A stretch of 64,000 bases of DNA from Candidatus Saccharicenans sp. (GTDB lineage: Bacteria > Acidobacteriota > Aminicenantia > Aminicenantales > Saccharicenantaceae): the NCBI GenBank assembly GCA_029907135.1, contig JARYMJ010000002.1, positions 10,897 to 74,896 of the forward strand, read 5' to 3'. The notes under the pieces were generated by a model, which saw only the letters and a program-made list of their open reading frames with translations, made no database searches and had not been told where the DNA came from. Shown here piece after piece: positions 47,756-57,031 of this stretch. The position numbers and the translations under genes are program-made. Every line of letters begins with the position of its first letter. Position 1 is the stretch's first letter.

Positions 47756-49024
47756 ATGCTGACCGAGATCGGCCTATTCATTTTATTCCTGGCGTTAAGT
47801 GCTTTTTTCTCCTCTTCCGAAACTGCCTTCTTGTCCGTCAATCCCTATACCCTGGAATACCTGGATAGCAAGGGCTCGACCCGGGCCAGGCTCATCCGGA
47901 AGATGCTGGCCAGGTTGAGCGAACTGCTGTCCACCATCCTGATAGGGAATACCCTGGTGAATGCGGCCGCGGCTTCCCTGGCCACCTCCATCCTGGTCCG
48001 GTTGTCTTCCGACCCCAACCAGGCAGTAATTCTGGCTACTCTGGCCACCACCCTGCTCATCCTGATATTCGGCGAAATAACTCCTAAGACCATCGCCGCC
48101 TACCGCCCGATGCCCGTGGCCTCTTTTTACATTTACCCGGTCCGGATTTTTTACTACCTTTTCTACCCCCTGACCAGGCTTTTTTCCCTCCTGACAAACC
48201 TCTTTCTGCCCCGGGAGGAGCGCCGCCGCCAGCCGCTGGCCCACCACCTGAGCGACGAGGAAATCAAGGTGGTCATCAGCTCCGGCGCTAGGGGCCTGTC
48301 GCGCTTCCGGAAAAAAATGCTGGCCGGGGTGCTGGACCTCAGCCACCGCCCGGTCAAAGAAATCATGATTCCCCGGACCCAGGTCCGGGCCCTGGAAGTC
48401 AACCTGCCGCTGCCCGAGGTCCTGAGGATTATCCAGGAGTGCGGTTTCTCCCGCTATCCGGTTTACCGCAACACCATTGACAATATCCAGGGGCTCGTTC
48501 ACGTCAAGGATATTCTTTCTTTAATGCCATCGCCGGGGGAGTTCCACCTGAGCCGGCTGCTGCGCCGGCCGCTGTTTGTTCCGGAACTGGCCAGCATCGA
48601 AAAAGTCCTGCTGCAGATGCAGGAGGGCGCTGTCCATCTGGCGCTGGTGGTGGATGAATTCGGCAACTTTGAGGGCATCGTCACCCTGGAAGACATCATG
48701 GAAGAAATAATTGGCGACATCCGGGATGAATACGACCGCCAAGCCGAGGACTGGTACCAGCAGGTAGGGGAGAACGAATACCTGATCAAGGGCACCGCCC
48801 CCATTAAAGAAATAAATGAAATTTTGAACCTGGGCATTCCGGAGAAAAGGGATTACACCACCCTGGCCGGACTGTTTCTCTATCACTTCGGCCACCTCCC
48901 GGCCGAGAAAGATTCCATCAGGCTGAAATCGCTGCAGTTCACGGTGGAAAAAATGAGCCGTCGCCACCTGAGCCAGATCCGGGTCAAGGTGCTCCAGAAC
49001 CCGCCGCAGGAGACCGCCAGATGA
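47756..49024 (+). CDS. HlyC/CorC (CNNM + CBS + CorC_HlyC) family transporter
   Basis: SAFFSSSETA, IGNTLVN, FGEITPK, IMIPRT, FSRYPVY, VVDEFG, TLEDIMEEIIG. Confidence 0.92.
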   Translation: MLTEIGLFILFLALSAFFSSSETAFLSVNPYTLEYLDSKGSTRARLIRKMLARLSELLSTILIGNTLVNAAAASLATSILVRLSSDPNQAVILATLATTLLILIFGEITPKTIAAYRPMPVASFYIYPVRIFYYLFYPLTRLFSLLTNLFLPREERRRQPLAHHLSDEEIKVVISSGARGLSRFRKKMLAGVLDLSHRPVKEIMIPRTQVRALEVNLPLPEVLRIIQECGFSRYPVYRNTIDNIQGLVHVKDILSLMPSPGEFHLSRLLRRPLFVPELASIEKVLLQMQEGAVHLALVVDEFGNFEGIVTLEDIMEEIIGDIRDEYDRQAEDWYQQVGENEYLIKGTAPIKEINEILNLGIPEKRDYTTLAGLFLYHFGHLPAEKDSIRLKSLQFTVEKMSRRHLSQIRVKVLQNPPQETAR

Positions 49025-49473
49025 AGGTCGTGGCCAGCAACAAGAATGCCTACCACAATTATGAAATTCTGGAAACCATGGAAGCCGGCCTGGCTTTGAC
49101 CGGGAGCGAGGTTAAATCGATCCGGGAAGGCCGGGTCAGCCTGAAGGAAAGTTATGCCGACTTCCAGGGTGATGAACTATTCCTGATAGATTGCAACATC
49201 AGTCCCTACCATGCGGCCAACATCTTCAACCACGAACCGACCAGGCCGAGAAAGCTCCTGCTGCACCGGCGGGAGTTGAAACGGCTGGCCGGCAAGGTCC
49301 AGGAACGGGGGCTAACCCTGGTCCCGACCAAGGTCTACCTGAATGACCGGGGATTGGTCAAGGTGGAGCTGGCCCTGGCCCGCGGCAAAAAGACCTACGA
49401 AAAAAGAGAAACCATCAAGAAACGGGATGTGGAGAGAGAAATTCGGGCCGAGATGAAAAAGCGTCTGCGTTGA
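49021..49473 (+). CDS. smpB: SsrA-binding protein
   Basis: EAGLALTGSEVKSIR, NHEPTRPRKLLLH, GKKTYEKR. Confidence 0.97.
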   Translation: MKVVASNKNAYHNYEILETMEAGLALTGSEVKSIREGRVSLKESYADFQGDELFLIDCNISPYHAANIFNHEPTRPRKLLLHRRELKRLAGKVQERGLTLVPTKVYLNDRGLVKVELALARGKKTYEKRETIKKRDVEREIRAEMKKRLR

Positions 49474-50445
49474 CTAGCCACCGCTCCGGCTGGCCAGTTG
49501 CCAGGCCAGACGCAGAGCTTGGCCGAAACTATCCGGACTGGCCAGATTTTTTCCGGCCAGGTCAAAGGCCGTGCCGTGGTCGGGAGAAGTCCTGATAAAG
49601 GGCAGACCCAGAGTTAAGTTGACCCCGCACTCGAACGCCACCAGCTTGAAGGCTATGAGCCCCTGGTCGTGGAACAGGGCCACGACCATCCGCTCCGGTT
49701 TATCCAGGGCCTTTAAGAAAACGGTGTCGGCTGGAAAAGGGCCTTCGATTTTTATACCCTCAGCCCGGGCGGCAGAAACCGCCGGAACAATCTCTGAGAT
49801 TTCTTCCTGGCCCAGAGTCCCATCTTCTCCGGCGTGGGGGTTCAGCCCGCAGAGAAGCATGTTTTCCACTCCCAGGTCCCATCGCTCCAGTTGCTGTTGC
49901 AGCCGGCGGAAGAAGGCCAGCAGGTTTTCCTGGTTAAGGCGGGTTAACATCTCCTTGAGCGGCAGGTGGTGAGTAAAAAGGGCCAGCTTCAGCCGTCGGG
50001 ACCAGAAACTCATGATGGCTTCCGGGCACAGAGATTCCAGGTAGTCGGTGTGCCCGCGGAACGGGAGTCCCGCCTGCTGCCAGCCAGCCTTGGAAACCGG
50101 GCCGGTGACCACCGCCTGCAGTTGGCCCCGGCTGGCCGCCTCCACCGCCTGTCTGAAAAATTCAAAAGAGGCCAGAGCGCCGGCCGCCGTTGGCGAGCCG
50201 GGTTCCAATTTATCCAGGGGTTGACCGGCTTCCCTGATTTCTATCTTCCCTGAGGCCAGGGCCGCTGGTAGCAGGTCGGCCGGCAGTCCGAGGCGCTGGC
50301 GCCAGCCTTCCAGGATTTCTTTTTGCCCGAAAATGAGGTACCTGGCTTCGGGCAGCGAGCCCGGGTCTTTCAAGAAATGAAGGATTATCTCGGGGCCGAT
50401 CCCGGCCGGGTCACCGAGGGTCAGACCTATTACCGGCACACTCAT
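49474..50445 (-). CDS. pdxA: 4-hydroxythreonine-4-phosphate dehydrogenase (PdxA family)
   Basis: GDPAGIGPE, GHTDYL, LNPHAGE, GPFPADT, HDQG, RTSPDHGTAF. Confidence 0.9.
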   Translation of the reverse strand: MSVPVIGLTLGDPAGIGPEIILHFLKDPGSLPEARYLIFGQKEILEGWRQRLGLPADLLPAALASGKIEIREAGQPLDKLEPGSPTAAGALASFEFFRQAVEAASRGQLQAVVTGPVSKAGWQQAGLPFRGHTDYLESLCPEAIMSFWSRRLKLALFTHHLPLKEMLTRLNQENLLAFFRRLQQQLERWDLGVENMLLCGLNPHAGEDGTLGQEEISEIVPAVSAARAEGIKIEGPFPADTVFLKALDKPERMVVALFHDQGLIAFKLVAFECGVNLTLGLPFIRTSPDHGTAFDLAGKNLASPDSFGQALRLAWQLASRSGG

Positions 50446-50798
50446 TTAGTCTTTCGGGACGGGGCTTCACCTTCCGCTTCTTCCTGTTTCCCTTCCTGCT
50501 CCAGCTTGAACATGTATTTAACCTGGCGCTTGTAAATCAGCAGGTTGGGAGCATCCTCGCGGTTTAGTTTGAAACAGTTTCGGTCATACCATTCGATATA
50601 ACCTTCCACCCGCTCACCGTCAGCCAGGATCACGGCCATCGGGGTTTTCTTGTTCATCTGTTTCAGGAAGTAATAATTCTCGGCATGAGTGTCGGTCGGA
50701 GGAGGCATCTTTTTCCGAGCCGCTTCTTTTTCCTTGGCTTCCCGGGTCATCTTTTCTTTAACTTCAGATAGGTCGGGCCGGATTAATTTTCTTTGCAT
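50442..50798 (-). CDS. Hfq-like (Sm-fold) RNA chaperone
   Basis: KKTPMAVILADGERVEGYIEWYD (Sm1-like), LLIYKRQVKY (Sm2-like). Likely start ATG 50798; upstream TTGCAA-N17-TAAGAT. Confidence 0.75.
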   Translation of the reverse strand: MQRKLIRPDLSEVKEKMTREAKEKEAARKKMPPPTDTHAENYYFLKQMNKKTPMAVILADGERVEGYIEWYDRNCFKLNREDAPNLLIYKRQVKYMFKLEQEGKQEEAEGEAPSRKTK

Positions 50799-50948
50799 CG
50801 GCACCCTCGCCAAATGAGAAGAAAATCTTTTAGTTCATCTTAACATCCGCCGGAAAAAATTGCAACCATTAAATTAGAGGCGGTAGCGATGGCTGGGGGG
50901 TCTCCTCCTATGCAGGACAAACTGTCCCGGGCTGAAAGAATAAACGAC

Positions 50949-50978
50949 TTGACATTTATCTCCCCAAATCCATAGAAT
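50949..50978 (+). promoter_or_regulatory. Promoter of the leader ORF / czcCBA operon
   Basis: TTGACA-N18-TAGAAT, 8 nt before ATG 50987. Confidence 0.6.
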
Positions 50979-50986
50979 TCAATCTT

Positions 50987-51253
50987 ATGAAGATGCACCG
51001 CAGCCAGCTCTCATTCCTTTTCTTCTGGCTGCTCTTCTTTATCAGCCTGGGCAATATCATCGCCCACGATTTTCTGTGCCATGAGGAGCTGCACCAGCTG
51101 ACCAGCCCGGTCCACCATTCTTTCCATCATCCGCGCTGGGAAGCGCAGGACCTGCCGCTGCCTTACCCGGGAGGACCGGAAAAAATATATGCTCAAACCG
51201 ACGAGCTTCATCCCTCCGATTTTGTCCCTTCCATCTTCCATCCGCCTGATTAA
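50987..51253 (+). CDS. His-rich leader protein with N-terminal hydrophobic segment and C-terminal IFHPPD (CzcI/DUF2946-like)
   Basis: 88 aa; signal/TM segment, AHDFLCHEELH...SPVHHSFHH, ends PSIFHPPD; directly upstream of the czcC-like gene. Confidence 0.7.
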   Translation: MKMHRSQLSFLFFWLLFFISLGNIIAHDFLCHEELHQLTSPVHHSFHHPRWEAQDLPLPYPGGPEKIYAQTDELHPSDFVPSIFHPPD

Positions 51254-51296
51254 ATTTTTTCTACCAGCCCCCTGATCTTTTATTCCGGAGGTAGAA

Positions 51297-52523
51297 ATGT
51301 CATTTATTATCATCCTCTGTTTCATGCTGTCCTCCTGGCCTCAGGAACAGCCGGCACCGCCCCTAACCCTGACCCTGGAACAGGCCGTGGAGCTGGCCAG
51401 CCAGCAGAATCCGTCTCTCCTGGCCCTGGCCAGGGAAATCGAGGCGGCCAGGGGGCAAACCCTGGTCAATTCGGCCCTGCCCGAGGCCGAGGTCGGCCTG
51501 GAACTGGCCGGGCTGGATTTCCCCGGAGCCAGGCAGGTGGAGCAGGAGACAACTTTGGGGGTGGTCCAGACCATTCCCTTCCCGGGCAAATTGAGACTGC
51601 GGGCCCAGGCCGGTCGGCTGGTTGAAGCCGAGGCCCGGCTGCGGTGGCAAAAGGCCCGGTTGTTGTTGGCGGCCGAGGTCAGGAAAGTTTATTTTCGATG
51701 CCTGTTCCACCAGAAAACTGTGGAAATCCTGTTAAAAAATCTGGACCTCCTGGAAGAAATCCAGAAAAATGCCATGACTCGCTACGCTCTGGCCGCCGTG
51801 CCTTATTCCGACATCCTGCGGGTCAGGCTGGAAATAGCCAGAACCAGAAACGACCTGCTGGCCGCCCGCAATGACCTGAAGGTAGGCTGGCAAGAGTTGG
51901 CCCTGTTGCTTGGGTTGAAAGGGGAGCATCCGCTGGTCTTAACCTCCTCGCTGGAACAGCCACCGGTTGACTGGAAACTGGAGGAATGGCTGGCCAGGAA
52001 AAAGGAGCTCAGCCCCAGCCTGCAACTGGCCCGCCTGCGCCAGGAACAGGCAGAGGTTTTTGGCCAGATTGTCTTGAAGAACCGCTGGCCCGATTTCTCC
52101 CTCGGCTTTTTCTCCCCCAGCAAGAAACTCGGCGCTACTGGCCTGAGCTTCGGTCTGAGCTATCCGCTCTTTTCCCGCAAAAGGCTGGCCGGAGAAAAAA
52201 TCCTGGCCGAAGCAGAAAAGCAGAAAGCCCTTTTCGCCAGCCAGGCCGCTGAAAGATTCTACGAGAGCCGGTCCAGGCAGGCCGCTGGCTCACTGGTCCA
52301 GAGCCTGGAACAGGTCAGGATTTTTGAAGAGAGTCTGCTTGGCGAAACAGAAGCCGTCCTGGAAAAAGCCCTCAGCGATTACCGCCTGAGTCGGCTTGAT
52401 TCCTTGAACCTGATGGACCTCTACCGCCAGTCCAGCCTGGTTCGCCTGGAATACTACCGGGCTCTTTATCTTTATCAGACCGCTCTGGCCGACCTGGAAA
52501 TCGCCGGAGAGGATTACGAATGA
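51297..52523 (+). CDS. czcC: Outer-membrane efflux protein (CzcC/TolC family)
   Basis: LTLEQAVELA..QNPSL, QTIPFPGKL, helical repeats; first gene of an HME-RND operon. Confidence 0.8.
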   Translation: MSFIIILCFMLSSWPQEQPAPPLTLTLEQAVELASQQNPSLLALAREIEAARGQTLVNSALPEAEVGLELAGLDFPGARQVEQETTLGVVQTIPFPGKLRLRAQAGRLVEAEARLRWQKARLLLAAEVRKVYFRCLFHQKTVEILLKNLDLLEEIQKNAMTRYALAAVPYSDILRVRLEIARTRNDLLAARNDLKVGWQELALLLGLKGEHPLVLTSSLEQPPVDWKLEEWLARKKELSPSLQLARLRQEQAEVFGQIVLKNRWPDFSLGFFSPSKKLGATGLSFGLSYPLFSRKRLAGEKILAEAEKQKALFASQAAERFYESRSRQAAGSLVQSLEQVRIFEESLLGETEAVLEKALSDYRLSRLDSLNLMDLYRQSSLVRLEYYRALYLYQTALADLEIAGEDYE

Positions 52524-52556
52524 AAAACACAAACCCGCAACCAACGGAGAAAAACC

Positions 52557-53699
52557 ATGCCTTGCCTGCAACTTAAATTCAAACCAGCTGCCGCCCTCTT
52601 GATGCTGGCAGCTTTAATTTTATTTAATTACTGTGGCCAGACCAACTCCAGCCCCGATAAGGCCGGCCCGGGGGAGAAGGAAGAACACACCTCAGAGCAG
52701 GTCAGCTTAAGCCCGGAAGCTATGACCATGGCCGGGATTAAAATAATGACTCTGGCTCCTCAGCCCCTCCAGCCCGAGCTCCTGGTCCCGGCTGAAGTGG
52801 TCCTCAATCCCAGGGCCTATTACCGGCTGACGGCCCGGGTGCCCGGAAGAGTGGAAGAATTGCTGGTTTACCAGGGCGACCGGGTCCGACCGGGACAGGT
52901 GGTGGCCAGGCTATTCAGCCTGCCCTTTCTTGAAAGCCTGACCGAGCTCCGCCTGGCAGCCGAGCGGTTGGAAAAATTGACCCGGCTGCAGTCGCCCCAA
53001 CAGGAAGCGGCCCGGGCCATGCTGGATTCAGCCCGGGGCAAATTGCGCCTCCTGGGCCTGGCTAATAAGGAAATCGATGCTCTCCAGAGCCGACCGTCGG
53101 ACAGCAGTCTGTATGAAATTCTGAGCCCGGCTGCCGGTCAGGTGGTGGCCACTTCAGTCTATCCTGGAGATACCCTGGAAGCGGGAGCGGTGCTGATGGA
53201 AATAGCCTCTTTCGACCGGGTCTGGATTGAGGGCCGGGTCCAGGAAAAAGACCAGGCCCTGGTCAGTGTCGGCCAGCAAGCCACCGCCCGCAGCGGTGCT
53301 TATCCCGCTGAAGAATTTACCGGGCGGGTAACATTTATTTCTCCCGTTCTGGACACCGCCACCAGGACGCTCAAGGTGAGAGTGGAGGCCGCCAATCCGG
53401 TCGGGCGGTTGAAGCCGGGGATGTATGTCGACCTGGCTCTCTCCCTCCCGGCAAGGACCATCCTGGCCGTCCCGGAAGAAGCGGTGGTCGAGATTAACGG
53501 GCGGAAAACTGTCTTCATCCAGCAGGCTCCGGGTATTTTTGTCAGCCGCGAAATCAAGACCGGTCCTCCGGTTAAAGGTTGGCTGCCGGTCATTTCCGGG
53601 CTGGACAGCGGCCAGGAATTTGTAGCCGCCGGAGCTTTCATGCTAAAAGCCGAGCTTCTCAAGCACACCCTGGGCGAGGGAGAGCATCACCATGATTGA
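52557..53699 (+). CDS. czcB: Periplasmic adaptor (CzcB/CusB family MFP)
   Basis: Lipoprotein-like start, ARVPGRVE..V..GD.V..GQ, TRTLKVR, LKPGMY, His-rich tail EHHHD. Confidence 0.85.
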   Translation: MPCLQLKFKPAAALLMLAALILFNYCGQTNSSPDKAGPGEKEEHTSEQVSLSPEAMTMAGIKIMTLAPQPLQPELLVPAEVVLNPRAYYRLTARVPGRVEELLVYQGDRVRPGQVVARLFSLPFLESLTELRLAAERLEKLTRLQSPQQEAARAMLDSARGKLRLLGLANKEIDALQSRPSDSSLYEILSPAAGQVVATSVYPGDTLEAGAVLMEIASFDRVWIEGRVQEKDQALVSVGQQATARSGAYPAEEFTGRVTFISPVLDTATRTLKVRVEAANPVGRLKPGMYVDLALSLPARTILAVPEEAVVEINGRKTVFIQQAPGIFVSREIKTGPPVKGWLPVISGLDSGQEFVAAGAFMLKAELLKHTLGEGEHHHD

Positions 53700-56600
53700 C
53701 CGCATTATCCGTTTCTCTCTGCGGGAGAGATTGTTCGTCGGAATACTTATCCTGGTGATAATAGGCGCCGGCCTTTTTTCTTTTATCAAGCTGCCGATCG
53801 ACGCCTTTCCCGACGTGACCAGCACCCAGGTGGAAATTCTATCCTACGCCCCGGGCTATTCGCCCTTCGAAGTGGAAAAGTTCGTCACCTTTCCCCTGGA
53901 AATCAGCCTGCGCGGTCTGCCGGGCCTGACCCAGCTACGCTCGGTGTCGCGTTCCGGGTTATCGGTCATCACGGTTGTCTTCGAGGATAAAACCGATATC
54001 TATTTTGCCCGGCAACAGGTTTTCGAGCGGCTATCGGAAGCCCGGGACCGACTGCCGGCCGGGGTGGAAACCAGCCTCGGCCCGATCGCCACCGCCATGG
54101 GTGAAATCTATCAATACACAATTGAGGGTAATGAGCCCGGACCGGGACAAGATTGGACCGCCTACCTGACCGAGTTGCGCACCCTCCAGGACTGGGTGAT
54201 AAGCCCGGTCTTAAAAAGCATACCTGGAGTGATTGACGTCAACTCTTTCGGGGGCTTCATCAAGCAATACCTGATCAGGGTCGCCCCCGAGCGGCTGCTG
54301 AATTATGACCTGACCCTGGCCCAGGTAGTGTCCGCCGTTGAAAAGAGCAACCTTAACGTGGGCGGCAACGTGGTGGATAAAGGCCAGCAACAATATATTG
54401 TCAGAGGCACCGGTTTGTTTAACAGCCTGGACGATATTAAAAACACGGTCATCAAAGCCGAGCAGGGTGTGCCCGTTCTCCTCCAGGACGTAGCCACGGT
54501 GGAAGAGGGGTTTGCCGTCCGGCAGGGCGCCGCCATCATCAACGGCCAGAAGGAAGCCGTCGGCGGTATAGTCCTGATGCTCAAGGGAGAAAACAGCCGG
54601 CAGGTTACCCGACGGGTTGAGCAGAAGGTGGCCGAAATTAACTCCATCGGATTGCTCCCGGCCGGACTCAAGATTGTGCCTTTTTATAAGAGAACAGACA
54701 TTGTGGAAAAAAGCGTCAGGACGATCGAAGAAGCCCTGCTGCTTGGGGCCCTGCTCGTGATCTTTATCGTCTTCGTCTTCCTGCGCAGCTTCCGCGGCTC
54801 GCTGGTGGTCATCCTGTCCCTGCCCCTGGCCGTCCTGCTGACTTTCGTCGTCATGAAACAGACTGGCCTGACGGCCAACCTGATGTCTCTCGGCGGCCTG
54901 GCCATTTCCATCGGCATGATCATCGATGCGGCCATCATCCAGGTAGAAAACATTCAACGTCACCTGGCCGAAACTCGGACCAAGGACCTGCCCACCTTTC
55001 TTCGGGCGGTGCTGGAGGTGCGGAAACCGAGCATTTTCGGGGAGATGATCATCGCCCTGACTTTCATCCCGCTTCTCAGTCTCCAGGGCATCGAGGGCAA
55101 GATGTTTTCTCCGCTGGCTATAACCCTGTCGATTGCCATCATCTGTTCCCTGCTCATTTCGCTGTTCATAATTCCCGGCCTGGCCTACCTCATCCTGAAA
55201 GTCCCGCCGGCCCGGCCCGACCGCTTGCTCGACACTCTCAACCGCCTCTATGCCAGTTGCCTGCGCTGGTCGCTCCGGCGGAGCTGGCTGGTGGTCGGCC
55301 TGATGGTAGGGCTGATCATCTCCAGCCTTTTGCTTGTCCCCTCCCTTGGACGGGAGTTCATCCCGGTCATGGATGAAGGAGCCTTTGACATGGATATCCA
55401 GATGCTTCCGGGCATCTCCCTGAAACAAGCCCTGGACATCACTCTGGAGGTGGAAAAAAGGCTGAAACAATTCCCGGAGCTGGAAACCATCGTCTCGCGT
55501 ACCGGGCAGACCGGCCTGGCCCTGGAGGCCAGGGGCGTGGAGAAAACTGGTTTTGTCGGTTCACTCAAACCACGAGAGCAGTGGACCTCGGCCCGGAGTC
55601 GGGAAGAGCTGACCGAAAAAATGCGGCAGGCCATCGAAGACATACCGGGAATTTCCTTTTCTTTCAGCCAGCCGATTGCCTGCCGGATTGACGAACTGGT
55701 GGCCGGCACCAGGGCCCAGCTGATCATCAAGCTGTTCGGCGAAGACCTTGACCTCCTGAGGTCCAAGGCCGCGGAGCTGGCCGCCGTGATCCAGGAAATA
55801 AGGGGAACGGCCGACCTGGTGGTGGAAGCCACTGCGGGCCAGCCTTATATGATCATCGACCTCGACCGGCAGGCCCTGAAACGTCATGGCCTGCAGGCAG
55901 CCGAGGTGCTGTCGCTGGTGGAGACAGCCTCGGCCGGGAAGTATGTTACCAGGATGTACGAAGGAGAAAAAGCCTTTGAGGTGGTCATAAAATACCCTGA
56001 AGACTGGCGCAATTCAGTTGAAAAGATAGGGTCCTTGCTGGTGGACACTCCCGGCGGTTACCGCCTTCCGCTGGGCCAGCTGGCCCGGATTCAGGAGGTG
56101 GAAGGACCCGCCCAGATCAGCCGGGAAGCCGGTTTCCGGCGGATCGGCCTTGAGGTAAATATCAGCGGGCGAGACCTGGGCAGCTTTGTGGCCGAAGCCC
56201 GGGAAAAAATCAGACAGCGGGTCAGCCTGCCCCCAGGATACCGGCTGGAGTGGGGCGGCCAGTTTGAAAACCAGCAGCGGGCGATGCGTCGCCTGGCCAT
56301 CATTGTGCCCCTGACCCTGGCCCTGATTTTCTTCCTCCTGTTTTCTACTTTCGACTCCTTCAAGCTGGCCCTGCTGGTGCTGTTGACTCTGCCCTTTGCC
56401 CTGATAGGTGGCATTTTTTCACTCTGGCTGTCCGGCCTATACCTGTCCGTCCCAGCCTCGGTTGGGTTTATCGCTCTGCTCGGAATAGCCGTCTTGAATG
56501 GAGTGGTCATGGTCAGCTATTTTCAACAGCTGACCGCCAATCAGTGTTTTCCTTTTGACGAAGCCATCATCCAGGCTGCCAGCAAAAGATTGCGGCCGGT

Positions 56601-56799
56601 GCTGATGACTGCCCTGACCACGCTGCTCGGACTGCTGCCGCTCCTTTTTGCCCGCGGTCCAGGTTCGGAAGTGCAGCGGCCGCTGGCCACGGTGGTGGTG
56701 GGAGGATTACTGACCTCGACCGTTTTAACCCTGCTGTTGTTACCGGTTCTTTTCCGCTGGACCTGCGGGATTAAAGAAAACAACCGGGAGCTGAACTGA
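53692..56799 (+). CDS. czcA: Heavy-metal efflux RND permease (CzcA/CusA family)
   Basis: LPIDAFPDVT, ANLMSLGG, MIIDAAIIQVEN, EGKMFSP, RLRPVLMTA, GSEVQRPLA. Confidence 0.92.
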   Translation: MIDRIIRFSLRERLFVGILILVIIGAGLFSFIKLPIDAFPDVTSTQVEILSYAPGYSPFEVEKFVTFPLEISLRGLPGLTQLRSVSRSGLSVITVVFEDKTDIYFARQQVFERLSEARDRLPAGVETSLGPIATAMGEIYQYTIEGNEPGPGQDWTAYLTELRTLQDWVISPVLKSIPGVIDVNSFGGFIKQYLIRVAPERLLNYDLTLAQVVSAVEKSNLNVGGNVVDKGQQQYIVRGTGLFNSLDDIKNTVIKAEQGVPVLLQDVATVEEGFAVRQGAAIINGQKEAVGGIVLMLKGENSRQVTRRVEQKVAEINSIGLLPAGLKIVPFYKRTDIVEKSVRTIEEALLLGALLVIFIVFVFLRSFRGSLVVILSLPLAVLLTFVVMKQTGLTANLMSLGGLAISIGMIIDAAIIQVENIQRHLAETRTKDLPTFLRAVLEVRKPSIFGEMIIALTFIPLLSLQGIEGKMFSPLAITLSIAIICSLLISLFIIPGLAYLILKVPPARPDRLLDTLNRLYASCLRWSLRRSWLVVGLMVGLIISSLLLVPSLGREFIPVMDEGAFDMDIQMLPGISLKQALDITLEVEKRLKQFPELETIVSRTGQTGLALEARGVEKTGFVGSLKPREQWTSARSREELTEKMRQAIEDIPGISFSFSQPIACRIDELVAGTRAQLIIKLFGEDLDLLRSKAAELAAVIQEIRGTADLVVEATAGQPYMIIDLDRQALKRHGLQAAEVLSLVETASAGKYVTRMYEGEKAFEVVIKYPEDWRNSVEKIGSLLVDTPGGYRLPLGQLARIQEVEGPAQISREAGFRRIGLEVNISGRDLGSFVAEAREKIRQRVSLPPGYRLEWGGQFENQQRAMRRLAIIVPLTLALIFFLLFSTFDSFKLALLVLLTLPFALIGGIFSLWLSGLYLSVPASVGFIALLGIAVLNGVVMVSYFQQLTANQCFPFDEAIIQAASKRLRPVLMTALTTLLGLLPLLFARGPGSEVQRPLATVVVGGLLTSTVLTLLLLPVLFRWTCGIKENNRELN

Positions 56800-57031
56800 T
56801 CCCTATTTATCGCGGGCTTGTTTTCGGCAGCGACAGGAGATTTCTGTTTCGCCGGAAATAGATGGACAGTTAATAACAGAGCCGGTCGAGAGAACGGAAA
56901 TCTTTCCGAGCTGCGGCCAGTTGACTTCAACCGCTGTACCCGAAAGACCGAGAGAACACTGCGGCCAACAAAGCCGGTCAGACTCCGCCCGTCTCAAATT
57001 AATAAAATAAAAAAAGGTGGCCGGGGAGACC

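Noticed and set aside
54211..55470. 419-aa antisense ORF inside czcA, and similar long shadows at 7719-8552, 26172-27116, 28109-29032, 29793-30512, 44576-45550 and 61337-62669
   Set aside because: They lie opposite well-conserved genes, have no recognisable motifs, and are expected from GC-rich codon bias.
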